IMG/VR virus record: IMGVR_UViG_3300042922_000836
Coordinates: 64,001 to 128,000 of that record
Origin: a virus
DNA: 64,000 nt
Strand: one strand, 5' to 3'
Shown: piece after piece, positions 20,819-30,570 of the stretch
How positions within the stretch are numbered: the first letter of the stretch is position 1
Layout of the letters: each line of letters opens with the position of its first letter
The notes under the pieces: model-generated
Seen by the model: only the letters and a program-made list of their open reading frames with translations
The model's database searches: none
What the model was told of the DNA's origin: nothing
Position numbers and translations under genes: made by a program

Positions 20819-21420
20819 TATTTTTGCTCTCCTTTTAAGTTTTTTATTAAATTTAATGTATACGATAAACAGTCATAAGCCGACTGCAAACCAGCTCTGT
20901 CATCCAAAAAAATGTTATAATATATTTTTCTGCCTCCATACGATATGTAATCCATATTTTCGTTTATCTTATCGTAAGGCAAACCAATTTCATTAAGATA
21001 ATTTATAATAAAAGGTTCATCTATTTTTTCACGACAAGTAAATACAATAAAATTTGCTCCATATTTTTTACATTCTTTTAAAAGATTTATTACTTCATCA
21101 AATTTATGCCCTTTTCCATGAAAATCATAAATCGTTTCATCGAAGTCATATGCAATTATAATTCTACCGTATTTTGCCCATTCTTGATAAAGTCGATTTA
21201 TAACATTTCTATTTTTTAAGTAAAAGTCCAAATGAGAATCTTTTTCAATATATTTAATAATTTTGTCTGCCATAGAACTCATTCCGACCATTCTACCTTC
21301 TAAATATCCATCTTTCCAATTTTCACCATCTACAAGTTTTAACATCTCTTTTTTATGATCTTCATAAGCTGTTTCTTCTAATTCTCTAATATAATATTTA
21401 AGGTTCTCTGTTTCAATCAT
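20818..21420 (-). CDS. HAD-superfamily protein
   Basis: IAYDFDETI, FTCR, INEN, KIY...LDDR. Confidence 0.7.
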   Translation of the reverse strand: MIETENLKYYIRELEETAYEDHKKEMLKLVDGENWKDGYLEGRMVGMSSMADKIIKYIEKDSHLDFYLKNRNVINRLYQEWAKYGRIIIAYDFDETIYDFHGKGHKFDEVINLLKECKKYGANFIVFTCREKIDEPFIINYLNEIGLPYDKINENMDYISYGGRKIYYNIFLDDRAGLQSAYDCLSYTLNLIKNLKGEQK

Positions 21421-21427
21421 TTTATTA

Positions 21428-21724
21428 TTACCTTCCTCTAAAAGAGTGCATCATATTCATTGTACTTATAGCACCAGCGGTACTAATATTATTTAATGTA
21501 TTAATTGTATGAAGTGTATGCAAATGATTCGTTCTGTTGTTACAATTTGAAATATATTCATTTCGTATTTGTTGTCTTTGACACCTTTTATATTTTTTAA
21601 AATTCTTCTTTTTACAATTTCCGCATTTTATACTTTCATATATTAATTCATATATTAATAAGAAAACAAAGAAGATAAAAAGTATAACCAAAAAAACAAG
21701 TAAACCTGTCAAGAAAATATCCAT
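21428..21724 (-). CDS. membrane-anchored hypothetical protein
   Basis: N-terminal TM helix. Confidence 0.5.
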   Translation of the reverse strand: MDIFLTGLLVFLVILFIFFVFLLIYELIYESIKCGNCKKKNFKKYKRCQRQQIRNEYISNCNNRTNHLHTLHTINTLNNISTAGAISTMNMMHSFRGR

Positions 21725-21729
21725 TTAAT

Positions 21730-22521
21730 TTAATCTCCAATTATTATTATTTTTTCATGTGAATCATTAAACATGTTGTTTGCTGTATAAACTTTTTTTA
21801 TCAAATTGCTTTTTAATATTTCGCCATTAAATATTGTATTTTCACAATGAGATACATAAAGAAAAATATCTTTTGCTCCTTGGTCTTTAAGTAATTGGGC
21901 AGATGCCATAAATGTACCACCTTTTGCACAAAGGTCATCAATTATCAATATATTTTTATCCTTTATGTCAGGACAATTTTCAAGTTCAAAACCGATTATT
22001 TTACCTGTATTTAAATCTCTCTTTTTGTTTGCATTAAAATAAGGTACAGAAAGTTGAAACATTTCCGAATATCTTGACATTGCACCCTTATCAGGATAAA
22101 GAACATAATCAATTTTTTCAGCTTTAAAAACATTACTAACGTAATATATAGGAGTTAATTCATATACATTATTAATTAATTCTTTAGTAACTTTTGAATG
22201 AACATCAAAAACTAATACTGAATCAAAATCCATTGAATTTATAATATTTGCAAAATATTTTAAGCTGAACATATAACCGTCTATCTTTCGATCCATACGT
22301 GAATACGGAACATACTTCATCATTAAATATTTAAATTTATTTGGATATACATCATCAAGATATTGCTTGACCATCTGTAACACCATTAAATCGATATCGG
22401 TTTCATACTTTAATTCAACCATTATTTCTGAAAATGATTCAGGTATAATCTCTTTATATATCCTTTCATTATTCGGGTAGCACTCATTTCCTATTATTTT
22501 ACCATTTATGTATACTGCCAT
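21730..22521 (-). CDS. ribose-phosphate pyrophosphokinase-like protein (probable Adps of NARP1)
   Basis: YPNNE, YVPYSRMDR, DVHS, PDKGA, KKRD..TGKI, IIDDLCAKGGTF, YVSH. Confidence 0.85.
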   Translation of the reverse strand: MAVYINGKIIGNECYPNNERIYKEIIPESFSEIMVELKYETDIDLMVLQMVKQYLDDVYPNKFKYLMMKYVPYSRMDRKIDGYMFSLKYFANIINSMDFDSVLVFDVHSKVTKELINNVYELTPIYYVSNVFKAEKIDYVLYPDKGAMSRYSEMFQLSVPYFNANKKRDLNTGKIIGFELENCPDIKDKNILIIDDLCAKGGTFMASAQLLKDQGAKDIFLYVSHCENTIFNGEILKSNLIKKVYTANNMFNDSHEKIIIIGD

Positions 22522-22554
22522 TCTTTTAACTTCCCTCTTTCTTTTTAATTATCT

Positions 22555-22896
22555 TTAATTTTGGTATTTTTCTAATGCTTTATATTTTTCTTTTATTTTA
22601 ATAACATCGATTATATTTAAAAGATTACATCTTTCATCAATTGTAAATTCTAAAGCTAAAAATCCATTAGACAAACCTATCATCCAAGTTTCTACCTTTT
22701 CAAATTCCGCATTTAAATATTCTGTGGGCATTGAATTTTTATCTTCATAACTACAACTATAAAATATATCTGGATTGTTTTTATTCCTAAGTCTAATCCA
22801 ATCATCTGAAAGCATTTTAGTTCCTTCAGGGAAAAGAGGATGAGAAACTAAATCTTTGTTATCTTCAATCTCTTTTAATTTTTCTGTTATTGTCAA
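22555..22896 (-). CDS. hypothetical protein
   Basis: ORF with AGGAG RBS. Confidence 0.55.
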   Translation of the reverse strand: MTITEKLKEIEDNKDLVSHPLFPEGTKMLSDDWIRLRNKNNPDIFYSCSYEDKNSMPTEYLNAEFEKVETWMIGLSNGFLALEFTIDERCNLLNIIDVIKIKEKYKALEKYQN

Positions 22897-22981
22897 TATA
22901 ACTCACTCCTTATTAATGTAATGTCGAAACCATATAGTTTCAAAATATTTATTAATTACAGTTTTTATCATAAACTATTCC

Positions 22982-23479
22982 TTACCTTGATGTATTATTA
23001 TTTTCGGCATTGTTTGAGGAATAATAAGAAATCAAATCCATTGCCATATTAGCTAACGTATCGGCTTGAACATTTCCCTCACAGTCAGCATGTCCAATAC
23101 ATTTTACAAATTCAATATTTTTAAATTGATCTTTTAAATCGATAAGTTCTTGCCAAAGTTCTTTGTTTAATACAGGTTCTTTATTACTGGTTTTCCACCC
23201 ATTTTTAATCCAACCCAATGTCCATTTGTTCATACCATTAATAACATACTGACTATCCATAACAACTTTTACTGGTATATCTTTTCTCTTGATACTTTCT
23301 AAACCTTTGATACAAGCAGTGAGTTCCATTACATTATTTGTGGTATTTAAAGCATTTCCGTTTATCTCTTTTGTTAAATTATTATATTTGAGAAGAACAC
23401 CCCAGCCACCGATATTTGTTTTACTCTGATTTCCTCTGCATCCGCCATCAGCATATATGTAAATTGGTTCTACATTCAT
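22982..23479 (-). CDS. rnhA: ribonuclease HI
   Basis: YADGGCRGN, TNNVMEL, DSQYV, W..NGWK, NKELW, GH....N..AD. Confidence 0.92.
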   Translation of the reverse strand: MNVEPIYIYADGGCRGNQSKTNIGGWGVLLKYNNLTKEINGNALNTTNNVMELTACIKGLESIKRKDIPVKVVMDSQYVINGMNKWTLGWIKNGWKTSNKEPVLNKELWQELIDLKDQFKNIEFVKCIGHADCEGNVQADTLANMAMDLISYYSSNNAENNNTSR

Positions 23480-23483
23480 AATT

Positions 23484-23891
23484 TCACCCCTGACTAATTG
23501 AATATATTAAGTCTTGAACATATTCAAAAATTATTATTTCAGGTAAAGTATAACATGTCACAATAGTATATACTTGTATTCCTATTAAAACAAAGCTAAA
23601 GATAGAAAACGCACTTGATATAATAACAAACAATATATCACTCTCACTAAAATCATTATATTTTTTGCTAAAAAGTCTTTTTATGCTAATAAATAAAAAC
23701 ACAAGACTTAATAAAAGTAAGAGAATACTGATTATAATCCAAACCCAGCTTGTAGCAATTTTAAAGTTTATTATTTTAGTTCCAAGTTCTTCTATGTAGG
23801 GCATTACGTTTTGAGAAGACCAATCAAATGCTATACCGAATTTTTCCGATAACTTATCTATGACCTGAATGATACCATTAGTTATTTCCAC
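23484..23891 (-). CDS. membrane protein
   Basis: two TM helices. Confidence 0.6.
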   Translation of the reverse strand: MEITNGIIQVIDKLSEKFGIAFDWSSQNVMPYIEELGTKIINFKIATSWVWIIISILLLLLSLVFLFISIKRLFSKKYNDFSESDILFVIISSAFSIFSFVLIGIQVYTIVTCYTLPEIIIFEYVQDLIYSISQG

Positions 23892-23893
23892 TT

Positions 23894-24184
23894 TTATTCC
23901 TCTCTTTCATTATCTTTTATTATTTTAAAAGAACCTTGCATTAATTTAAGAAGTTCTTTATCTATATAATTTACACTATCACTATTAATTTTGGCATTAA
24001 TACTTTTTGTTATTGCTTCAATCGATTTATCTATCTTTTCTTTTACTTCAGGAAGATTAGCAACTTCTTTAATTTCAGAAACAGCTTTATTAATAATTTC
24101 ACCCCTGATTGAATCTTTTAAAATTTCTTTAGCGATAAGCTTATAAAAGACTTCATCATCTTCAACATCAATTATTATTTTCAT
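23894..24184 (-). CDS. hypothetical protein
   Basis: ORF with AGGAG RBS. Confidence 0.6.
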   Translation of the reverse strand: MKIIIDVEDDEVFYKLIAKEILKDSIRGEIINKAVSEIKEVANLPEVKEKIDKSIEAITKSINAKINSDSVNYIDKELLKLMQGSFKIIKDNEREE

Positions 24185-24198
24185 TCAAACATCTCCTT

Positions 24199-24534
24199 TT
24201 ACTTTTCAATAATAGTATATATTTTGCCATCTTGATTAATAATTTCATATTTTCTGTTAAATTCATTAAAATTAATATTATCATCGATAGTTACTTTATA
24301 TATGAATTTATCTGTCTTTATATTTTGTTTTTGAGAACCGATTGCTATTAACATAACAAAAATTAATGATATAGTAAAAATGATAATTGAACAAAGTTCT
24401 TCATCATGAAATAAACAAATTCCTATAATAAATGTAATTATACATAACATAACTAATAAAAAAATTTCTAATTCAGGGAAAAGTGTACTATTTATTATCT
24501 GAACTTGCTGACTTAAAATTTCAATACCTTCCAA
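24199..24534 (-). CDS. membrane protein
   Basis: two TM helices, KYEIINQDGKIYTI tail. Confidence 0.6.
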   Translation of the reverse strand: MEGIEILSQQVQIINSTLFPELEIFLLVMLCIITFIIGICLFHDEELCSIIIFTISLIFVMLIAIGSQKQNIKTDKFIYKVTIDDNINFNEFNRKYEIINQDGKIYTIIEK

Positions 24535-24544
24535 AATATAAAAC

Positions 24545-24841
24545 CTACCTTTCTAATAAATAAATACTTGTTGCAACAAGAAGACAATCACCTGTATATG
24601 TTGCATATTGTGAATCTACTTTATAGCATTGTGGTTTATATTCATAACCACCACTCATATTAGAGCCTTCTTCATCATAAACAGGCAGACATACCCATTT
24701 TTCATCTTTTGAAAAAGTTAATCCATCAATTGAAACCCCATTAAGTGACCAGCCATTTCTACCTATTAAAATATCTTTATTTTTATGATCAATTTTTTGT
24801 TCATCTAATCTATGTAGAACATCTTTATAAATCCATTCCAT
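24545..24841 (-). CDS. hypothetical protein
   Basis: ORF in tightly packed run. Confidence 0.55.
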   Translation of the reverse strand: MEWIYKDVLHRLDEQKIDHKNKDILIGRNGWSLNGVSIDGLTFSKDEKWVCLPVYDEEGSNMSGGYEYKPQCYKVDSQYATYTGDCLLVATSIYLLER

Positions 24842-25205
24842 TTGATTTACTTCCCTCTTTTGGATTAACTACGATTAAATCTCCTGTAAAGAACAGCCAT
24901 TTAGGATCGGTGGTATCTTCTTTTAGACAGACAATACTTGGTTTTTCCCTATGTTTTTCATCATATACAAGAGTAAATATTTCATCTTTATGAGCTTCAG
25001 TCCAAGCTTTATATTTCTCCGATAATTTATCATAGTCAGGATGATTTCTAATTACATCTAAATTCAACTTGACTTTAGAAAACTCATCTAAATAAGGTGA
25101 TATTTGTAAAAGTTCCTTATAAGCTATCATTTTTCTAATTTCTTCATTAGATAAACCTTTCTTCTTTAATTGAGTTGTATAATTTCTTTTTTGTTCTCTG
25201 TTCAT
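24825..25205 (-). CDS. hypothetical protein
   Basis: MNREQKR start, AAAGG RBS. Confidence 0.6.
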   Translation of the reverse strand: MNREQKRNYTTQLKKKGLSNEEIRKMIAYKELLQISPYLDEFSKVKLNLDVIRNHPDYDKLSEKYKAWTEAHKDEIFTLVYDEKHREKPSIVCLKEDTTDPKWLFFTGDLIVVNPKEGSKSNGMDL

Positions 25206-25338
25206 ATTTTATCAACCTTTCTTTACACATTGTTTTATTACTTATGACCTCATAAACTCTTTAATAATAATAAATAATCATAAAATTACTTATTATATAT
25301 TGGTTATACATTATAATTACTTGTTACGTTTATAATCT

Positions 25339-25360
25339 AAAAATAAAGGGGAAATCCCCA
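25339..25360 (-). terminator. rho-independent terminator after MrpR-like gene
   Basis: GGGGATTTCCCC followed by TTTATTTTT on minus strand. Confidence 0.55.
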
Positions 25361-25374
25361 ATATTTTTAATGTA

Positions 25375-26274
25375 TTATAATTTAAATGTTTTCTTCCACT
25401 GTTGATAATCGTTCATAAAAGCTTTAACTTGACTTGCATTTGGTTCACTATCATGGAAACCTTCTTCGATTAGAATGTCTTTATATTCAATACGATCTGC
25501 CCTACGTTCTTTTTCGTAAATTCGATAATACATACCTGAACGATATACACTCGTAATTGTTAGTTCTTTTGCCCAATCCGTTAGATATATCATTCTACTT
25601 ACTTTACGGAAATTAGTTGATACAGTCATACGAATTAGATAAGGTGTATTCTCTAAGTCTTTTGTATAACTACTACGAATATCACTTTCAATTTCAATAG
25701 TTTTCATTTGAAGTGCTTTTTTAAATGTATGAACTGATTGTGGATAAATTTTATATGTTTTAAAATCAAAATTAACAACACCATGTATTAAATCAATATC
25801 ATCTTTTTTAACATTTACCACATCTTGTATTCCACTAAATGCTAACCACAAAGCTGTACATGCCATTATATCAATTGTATCTACATTGGGATTATAACCA
25901 TACTTATCGAGATGCTCTTGAAAATGTTCTGGTGAACTAATGAGTTCATTCTTATGAGTTTCCATAAATTTAATTTTTGTGCTATCAACATCTTCAAGAA
26001 AGTTAGAGATATTACGGTCAACAAGTTGATTTAAAATACACCAATCAAGATATTTCCGAAGTAGGATAATCATTGAATTTACAGAGTTGGTTGTTTTCCC
26101 ACCACATTGTGCAATAACTGAAACAGCTTTTTCTCTGGTAAATTGTGAAAAATCTTTACCACTGTTTTTCTCAAACATTTCGATTGAGTTGAAAATTCTT
26201 ATGAGTCTGTCTTTTGTCATTTGTACTTCGGTGAAATCTTCAAGAAATTTTTCTTTTTGTTTTGAGTTATACAT
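25375..26274 (-). CDS. MrpR/YopR-like master repressor (catalytically degenerate tyrosine-recombinase fold)
   Basis: MYNSKQKEKFL..KDFSQFT..YLDWC, LWLAFSGI and TSVYRSGMYYRIY resemble SPbeta YopR as recalled; no HxxR motif. Confidence 0.7.
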   Translation of the reverse strand: MYNSKQKEKFLEDFTEVQMTKDRLIRIFNSIEMFEKNSGKDFSQFTREKAVSVIAQCGGKTTNSVNSMIILLRKYLDWCILNQLVDRNISNFLEDVDSTKIKFMETHKNELISSPEHFQEHLDKYGYNPNVDTIDIMACTALWLAFSGIQDVVNVKKDDIDLIHGVVNFDFKTYKIYPQSVHTFKKALQMKTIEIESDIRSSYTKDLENTPYLIRMTVSTNFRKVSRMIYLTDWAKELTITSVYRSGMYYRIYEKERRADRIEYKDILIEEGFHDSEPNASQVKAFMNDYQQWKKTFKL

Positions 26275-26314
26275 TTAATCCCCTCCGTCTATTAATATTA
26301 TTTTCAACATTGAT

Positions 26315-26343
26315 ATTATAGCATGTACGAAACATTTTGTCAA
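26315..26343 (-). promoter_or_regulatory. sigmaA promoter of the MrpR-like gene
   Basis: TTGACA-N17-TATAAT with extended TG. Confidence 0.8.
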
Positions 26344-26382
26344 CTGTTTACAATATTGATTAACAAATAATTTACATATCTG

Positions 26383-26886
26383 CTATATATGTATTTTTTG
26401 TTCATAGAGATGTGTGAATTTTTTCAATTCGCTTTGTGTTGGTAAAATTTTATAACATTTACTTTCATAATCATTTTCATGCGGAGAATTATAGAATTCA
26501 TCAGATTTTTCAAATATTTCTAAATAAAATGTTTTATCATATTCACTGATTTCATTGCATGTTGCTTTTATAATACTTTCCCTTTCTGATTGCATCCAAA
26601 TAGCTGGTTTTATTTGAACTTCAATAAATATGATTAAATTTTCATTTACTCTACGAATTAGAAATGATAATTTAACATCATCTTTATTATAAAACACCCA
26701 CTCTTTTTCTTCAGCAATATCAATACATAAAGATTCAAGTAAAACAGTTGTTTCATAGCAATTATTATTAATAATTAAAAGTCCGTTTTCACCTAATATT
26801 ATGTCTGTTTCCTTAATCATATCCCAATCGACAGGTATACTCATTAATATATTATCGTGTCTAATTTTCATTCTTAGATACCTCAT
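26383..26886 (-). CDS. hypothetical protein
   Basis: 167-aa ORF. Confidence 0.5.
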   Translation of the reverse strand: MRYLRMKIRHDNILMSIPVDWDMIKETDIILGENGLLIINNNCYETTVLLESLCIDIAEEKEWVFYNKDDVKLSFLIRRVNENLIIFIEVQIKPAIWMQSERESIIKATCNEISEYDKTFYLEIFEKSDEFYNSPHENDYESKCYKILPTQSELKKFTHLYEQKIHI

Positions 26887-26964
26887 TTATAAATTATGTA
26901 GTAAACTATGCTTGAATTTAAATATTACTTTAATCGTATTTTCCAAGCATAATTTGTGGATTCG

Positions 26965-27429
26965 CTAACAAAATGCTACAATGTCTTTAAATTGTGATGT
27001 ATTCTGAACACCTTTGTTATAAGCCATTATTGTTATAGGATTCTGAAATGCCATTGCATATGCTATTTTCAATAACTGGTCTTCTGTTAAATGCCCTACA
27101 CATTCTTCAATTTCATTCTGAGTTAAAGTATCTCTGTTTTCTATCATAACTGTTGAGTCTGCTGTAGTACCAGCAATTTCACCCGCTATGTAGTTTACAT
27201 GTGATGGAGAAGGTTTGCCCCATCTTTTTGAGGTTATCGGGAAAGCTTCAACTACATCAGAAAAATAATTAAACTTGTTGTTAGAAATTATAACGTACAA
27301 ATGTCTTCCCACATATTTTCTGTTTCCGTTAGAACCTTCTCTCTCTACCGTTGCCCAAACTACATCACCAATTTTGTATGATGTTTTTTTTCTTATGTTG
27401 TTATTCAAGGGGTATACCCCTCCTTTCAA
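26965..27429 (-). CDS. PemK/MazF-family protein (orphan)
   Basis: GDVVWA, GRHLYVIISNNKFN, PITSK, STVMIE, VGHLT; true start probably a few codons downstream. Confidence 0.8.
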   Translation of the reverse strand: MKGGVYPLNNNIRKKTSYKIGDVVWATVEREGSNGNRKYVGRHLYVIISNNKFNYFSDVVEAFPITSKRWGKPSPSHVNYIAGEIAGTTADSTVMIENRDTLTQNEIEECVGHLTEDQLLKIAYAMAFQNPITIMAYNKGVQNTSQFKDIVAFC

Positions 27430-27453
27430 TTATCTAACGTTTAAAGTAATAAT

Positions 27454-27482
27454 ATTATACTACCTTTATCTCTTTTTGTCAA
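27454..27482 (-). promoter_or_regulatory. sigmaA promoter of MazF-like gene
   Basis: TTGACA-N17-TATAAT followed immediately by ATTACTTTAAACG. Confidence 0.8.
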
Positions 27483-27933
27483 TAGGTTTTTTTACTTTAT
27501 TTTGTGAATTTTCTGTTACAGAAAACCAATTCAATCGAATTTCTTTATTATATTCCAACAAATTTATTATTTCAATAGGTGACATTTGTGCTTTAATCGG
27601 CATAATATCATTGTTTCTACGTTTATAATAATAATTGTTTTCATTTCTTTTATTATTAAAAGCATTACATTCTATGGAAAATGAAAGATCACAATTATAA
27701 TTATTGCTCCTTTCTATTTTAATATCAACTACATTATCACTGTCTGTGTCAGAAACATTCATACCATTTTTCTTTGCCAATTCAAGAACAGTATGTAAAT
27801 CATTCTTATCTATTTTACTTGTAATGATAGGAATGAGCCATGAGTTTTTATAATTAAATTTATCGGTTAATTTTAATAAATCCATTGTAATAGGAAATTG
27901 AGTTAAAATTTTATCGTTTTCATATATGTTCAT
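27466..27933 (-). CDS. hypothetical protein
   Basis: 155-aa ORF with own promoter. Confidence 0.5.
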   Translation of the reverse strand: MNIYENDKILTQFPITMDLLKLTDKFNYKNSWLIPIITSKIDKNDLHTVLELAKKNGMNVSDTDSDNVVDIKIERSNNYNCDLSFSIECNAFNNKRNENNYYYKRRNNDIMPIKAQMSPIEIINLLEYNKEIRLNWFSVTENSQNKVKKPIDKKR

Positions 27934-28003
27934 ATCTTATATAAGCAGATGTTCTGCTTTTCCTTCTTTCTCTCTCTATAATTTAATAATCAGTAACACA
28001 TTT

Positions 28004-28041
28004 TGTGATATTATTATAAGACAAATATCACAGTTTGTCAA
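28004..28041 (-). promoter_or_regulatory. sigmaA promoter with overlapping palindromic operator
   Basis: TTGACA-N17-TATAAT; TGTGATATT-N11-AATATCACA straddles the -10. Confidence 0.7.
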
Positions 28042-28128
28042 GTGTCAAATTTTGATTGTCGATTTTATTTAACCATAAATATTTTAATGCTTTATTATAC
28101 TAAAATATTTTGATGTTTTAGTGATGAA

Positions 28129-28479
28129 TTAATTAATTAAATCCCAATATTTCTCTACAATCGGTTTTGCATCAGTATACTGAGGATATCCATATAAATC
28201 TTCACTTATTGCTGAGTTTAAACAATTTTGAATAATAGCTGTTACATATTTTTTTGTATATTTTATTCTTTTAAACTGCACAATAAAAGCTTTTATATTT
28301 TCTTCTCCGACAGTTGTATTATGCTCTTTTAAATACATATCGCTTTTAATAGGATTTTTTGGGTTCTCATCCAATTCTCTTACTTTTTGTATTAATTTCT
28401 TTTTTTTATATTTGTTATGAAAGAAACAACCAATAGCTACAAAGATCCAAAAATAAGCGATAAATATTGTTAATGCCAT
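28129..28479 (-). CDS. membrane-anchored hypothetical protein
   Basis: N-terminal TM, AGGGG RBS. Confidence 0.6.
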   Translation of the reverse strand: MALTIFIAYFWIFVAIGCFFHNKYKKKKLIQKVRELDENPKNPIKSDMYLKEHNTTVGEENIKAFIVQFKRIKYTKKYVTAIIQNCLNSAISEDLYGYPQYTDAKPIVEKYWDLIN

Positions 28480-28574
28480 AAACTTTCCCCCTTATTATTG
28501 AATTTTAATTATCAGAAGATATGTTTCAAATCATGTGGTATCATTTTTAAATATTAAACATTCAATTCTCATCT

Positions 28575-28790
28575 TTATTTCCTCTCTTTAAGTTTCTTTA
28601 ATTCTTTATTATAAGAAGCTTGTAAATTATTCATAAATTTTACATCTATTTCATTGTAGTTTCCAGTATCACCCTCTATTTCATCTGCAAAGGATACATC
28701 ACTTGCAATAAAACTATCCAAACATTTGTCTTCAATAACATCTTTATTAAAAATATCTTTCGCTGTTTTGTTTTTTTCAGTGTTATTCAT
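28575..28790 (-). CDS. hypothetical protein
   Basis: ORF with AAGGA RBS. Confidence 0.5.
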   Translation of the reverse strand: MNNTEKNKTAKDIFNKDVIEDKCLDSFIASDVSFADEIEGDTGNYNEIDVKFMNNLQASYNKELKKLKERK

Positions 28791-28826
28791 AATGCTAATT
28801 CCTTTTCAAGAAGAATTTATTTTATA

Positions 28827-29348
28827 TTATCTTTCTTGTTCTAATAACCGTCTAACTTTATTAATTTCTTCGTCTGAATGGACTGTACCACCCGCATTGA
28901 ATTCGATATACCATTGAAGAACTTCTTTCCTTGTTTGAAGATCATTTATATTAATTTTCATAACATTCAAAAAATCAGGCTTGTCTTCATATTCATTGAA
29001 ATAATAACCAAGCACTTTAATTTCATTATTAATAAATCTTTTCATAGCAGTAATTCTTTGAAGTCCATCAACACAGACAAATTCTTTATATGGATTATTT
29101 TTATGCCTATATGTCCAATTGGGATGATTTAAATAAACTATTCTTGATGTATTACCACCTTTCAAAATGAATTCAACAAATTTTATTTGTTGATTTTCAA
29201 TCCAAATATTACCTCTTTGAAAATCTGGATTTAAAATTAATCCATCATCTTTTTCCATCCTTTCTATCGATTTTACAAAATCAACTATATCATAATCACC
29301 TTGCCATGATCCATATTTCGTAAACTGTGGAATATCAAAAAATTTCAT
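28827..29348 (-). CDS. stand-alone DUF262 (ParB/Srx-like, GmrSD N-terminal) protein
   Basis: PDFQRGNIW, VDGLQRITA, FNAGGT. Confidence 0.75.
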   Translation of the reverse strand: MKFFDIPQFTKYGSWQGDYDIVDFVKSIERMEKDDGLILNPDFQRGNIWIENQQIKFVEFILKGGNTSRIVYLNHPNWTYRHKNNPYKEFVCVDGLQRITAMKRFINNEIKVLGYYFNEYEDKPDFLNVMKININDLQTRKEVLQWYIEFNAGGTVHSDEEINKVRRLLEQER

Positions 29349-29363
29349 ATGTATTTCCTTTCT

Positions 29364-29729
29364 TTAATCTTCATATGCATTTTTATCTTTCCAAACCCAA
29401 AAACAAGTATCAATATCATTTTGTTCATTGAATTTTGTAAAAGGTATAGTTAGAAAGAAAAACTTATTGTAACCATCTATTGTTTTATCTGAATTTTCCC
29501 AAGTACCACTGATAAAACTATTAATTTTATTTTCTTTCAGATATTCTTTAAAACTTTCAATATTTTCAAGATGTTCTTCTTTTGATTTTGCATTAATTAT
29601 AATAAATTCAAAGCTAAGACCACTAACTGTAGTCCTTTTAAGTAAATGGTTTGTCATGTCCTGTTCTTCTTTTTGAGTTATTACCTGTATTAATTTTGCA
29701 TCCATAATGTGTTTATTCTCCTTTTTCAA
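29364..29729 (-). CDS. hypothetical protein
   Basis: ORF in packed run. Confidence 0.5.
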   Translation of the reverse strand: MKKENKHIMDAKLIQVITQKEEQDMTNHLLKRTTVSGLSFEFIIINAKSKEEHLENIESFKEYLKENKINSFISGTWENSDKTIDGYNKFFFLTIPFTKFNEQNDIDTCFWVWKDKNAYED

Positions 29730-30099
29730 TTATATTTTTAATCTGCCTGAGCTGATTTAATGATAATTGAGAATCACTACCATATTCAGAGAAATGTTTC
29801 TTAATGAAATCTATAAGATTATGAGATTCAATTTCTATATTGAGAGCTTCTTTGTTTAAATATAATTTCCATTCAGGAGAAAACTGACCACTTCTTTCAC
29901 GAAAATTATCTTCAATATTAAATTGTATTGAACAATGAGGCTCTCCAAAAGTTGTCGTAATGTATTTTCTACCAATATCTACTACAGTTACCTCTTTCAA
30001 AAGGTCATCAAATCGGCTTTTTTGATATCCAATATATTTTATATATACAACTTGTCCTTTTTTGAAATCACTTTTAACCATTGCATTACCAACTTTCAT
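29713..30099 (-). CDS. hypothetical protein, paralog of 30096..30539
   Basis: shared KSDFKK.Q.VYI, EVTV..IG..Y, EWKLYL.KE, LS.NQL motifs. Confidence 0.65.
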   Translation of the reverse strand: MKVGNAMVKSDFKKGQVVYIKYIGYQKSRFDDLLKEVTVVDIGRKYITTTFGEPHCSIQFNIEDNFRERSGQFSPEWKLYLNKEALNIEIESHNLIDFIKKHFSEYGSDSQLSLNQLRQIKNIIEKGE

Positions 30100-30539
30100 T
30101 CATCATTATCATATAATTTACTTATCGTATCGTTCCATTGAAAAAGATTGGTATCTTTTTGCTGTATTGAAATATCTATATTTTCGTATATAATCTCTCT
30201 GATTCTTATAAGCTGATTATATGATAAATTAGCGGAATTTTCATTAAAATTAAAAAATGGCTTAATATCATTTATAATTTTTTCATTTTCAGTTACATAA
30301 TTAGATTCGATATCTTCCTTATGTAAATATAATTTCCATTCGTATGCATATTTGCAAACCTGATGGAATTCATTTTTAATATCAAATTGAATATTATTTA
30401 AATATTCTCTATAATCTACAGTTAAATAATTAACTCCAATACTTTTGACTGTAACTTCTATTACCATATTTGGATTTACGGAAGCTATATAAACCGTTTG
30501 ACTTTTCTTAAAATCACTTTTTTCTATTTTAGACACCAA
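30096..30539 (-). CDS. hypothetical protein, paralog of 29713..30099
   Basis: same shared motifs. Confidence 0.65.
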   Translation of the reverse strand: MVSKIEKSDFKKSQTVYIASVNPNMVIEVTVKSIGVNYLTVDYREYLNNIQFDIKNEFHQVCKYAYEWKLYLHKEDIESNYVTENEKIINDIKPFFNFNENSANLSYNQLIRIREIIYENIDISIQQKDTNLFQWNDTISKLYDNDE

Positions 30540-30570
30540 CTTTCTAAATTCATCTTACATCTATATTTTT

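Noticed and set aside
25375-26274. Active integrase
   Set aside because: Lacks the HxxR catalytic motif; better explained as an MrpR-like repressor
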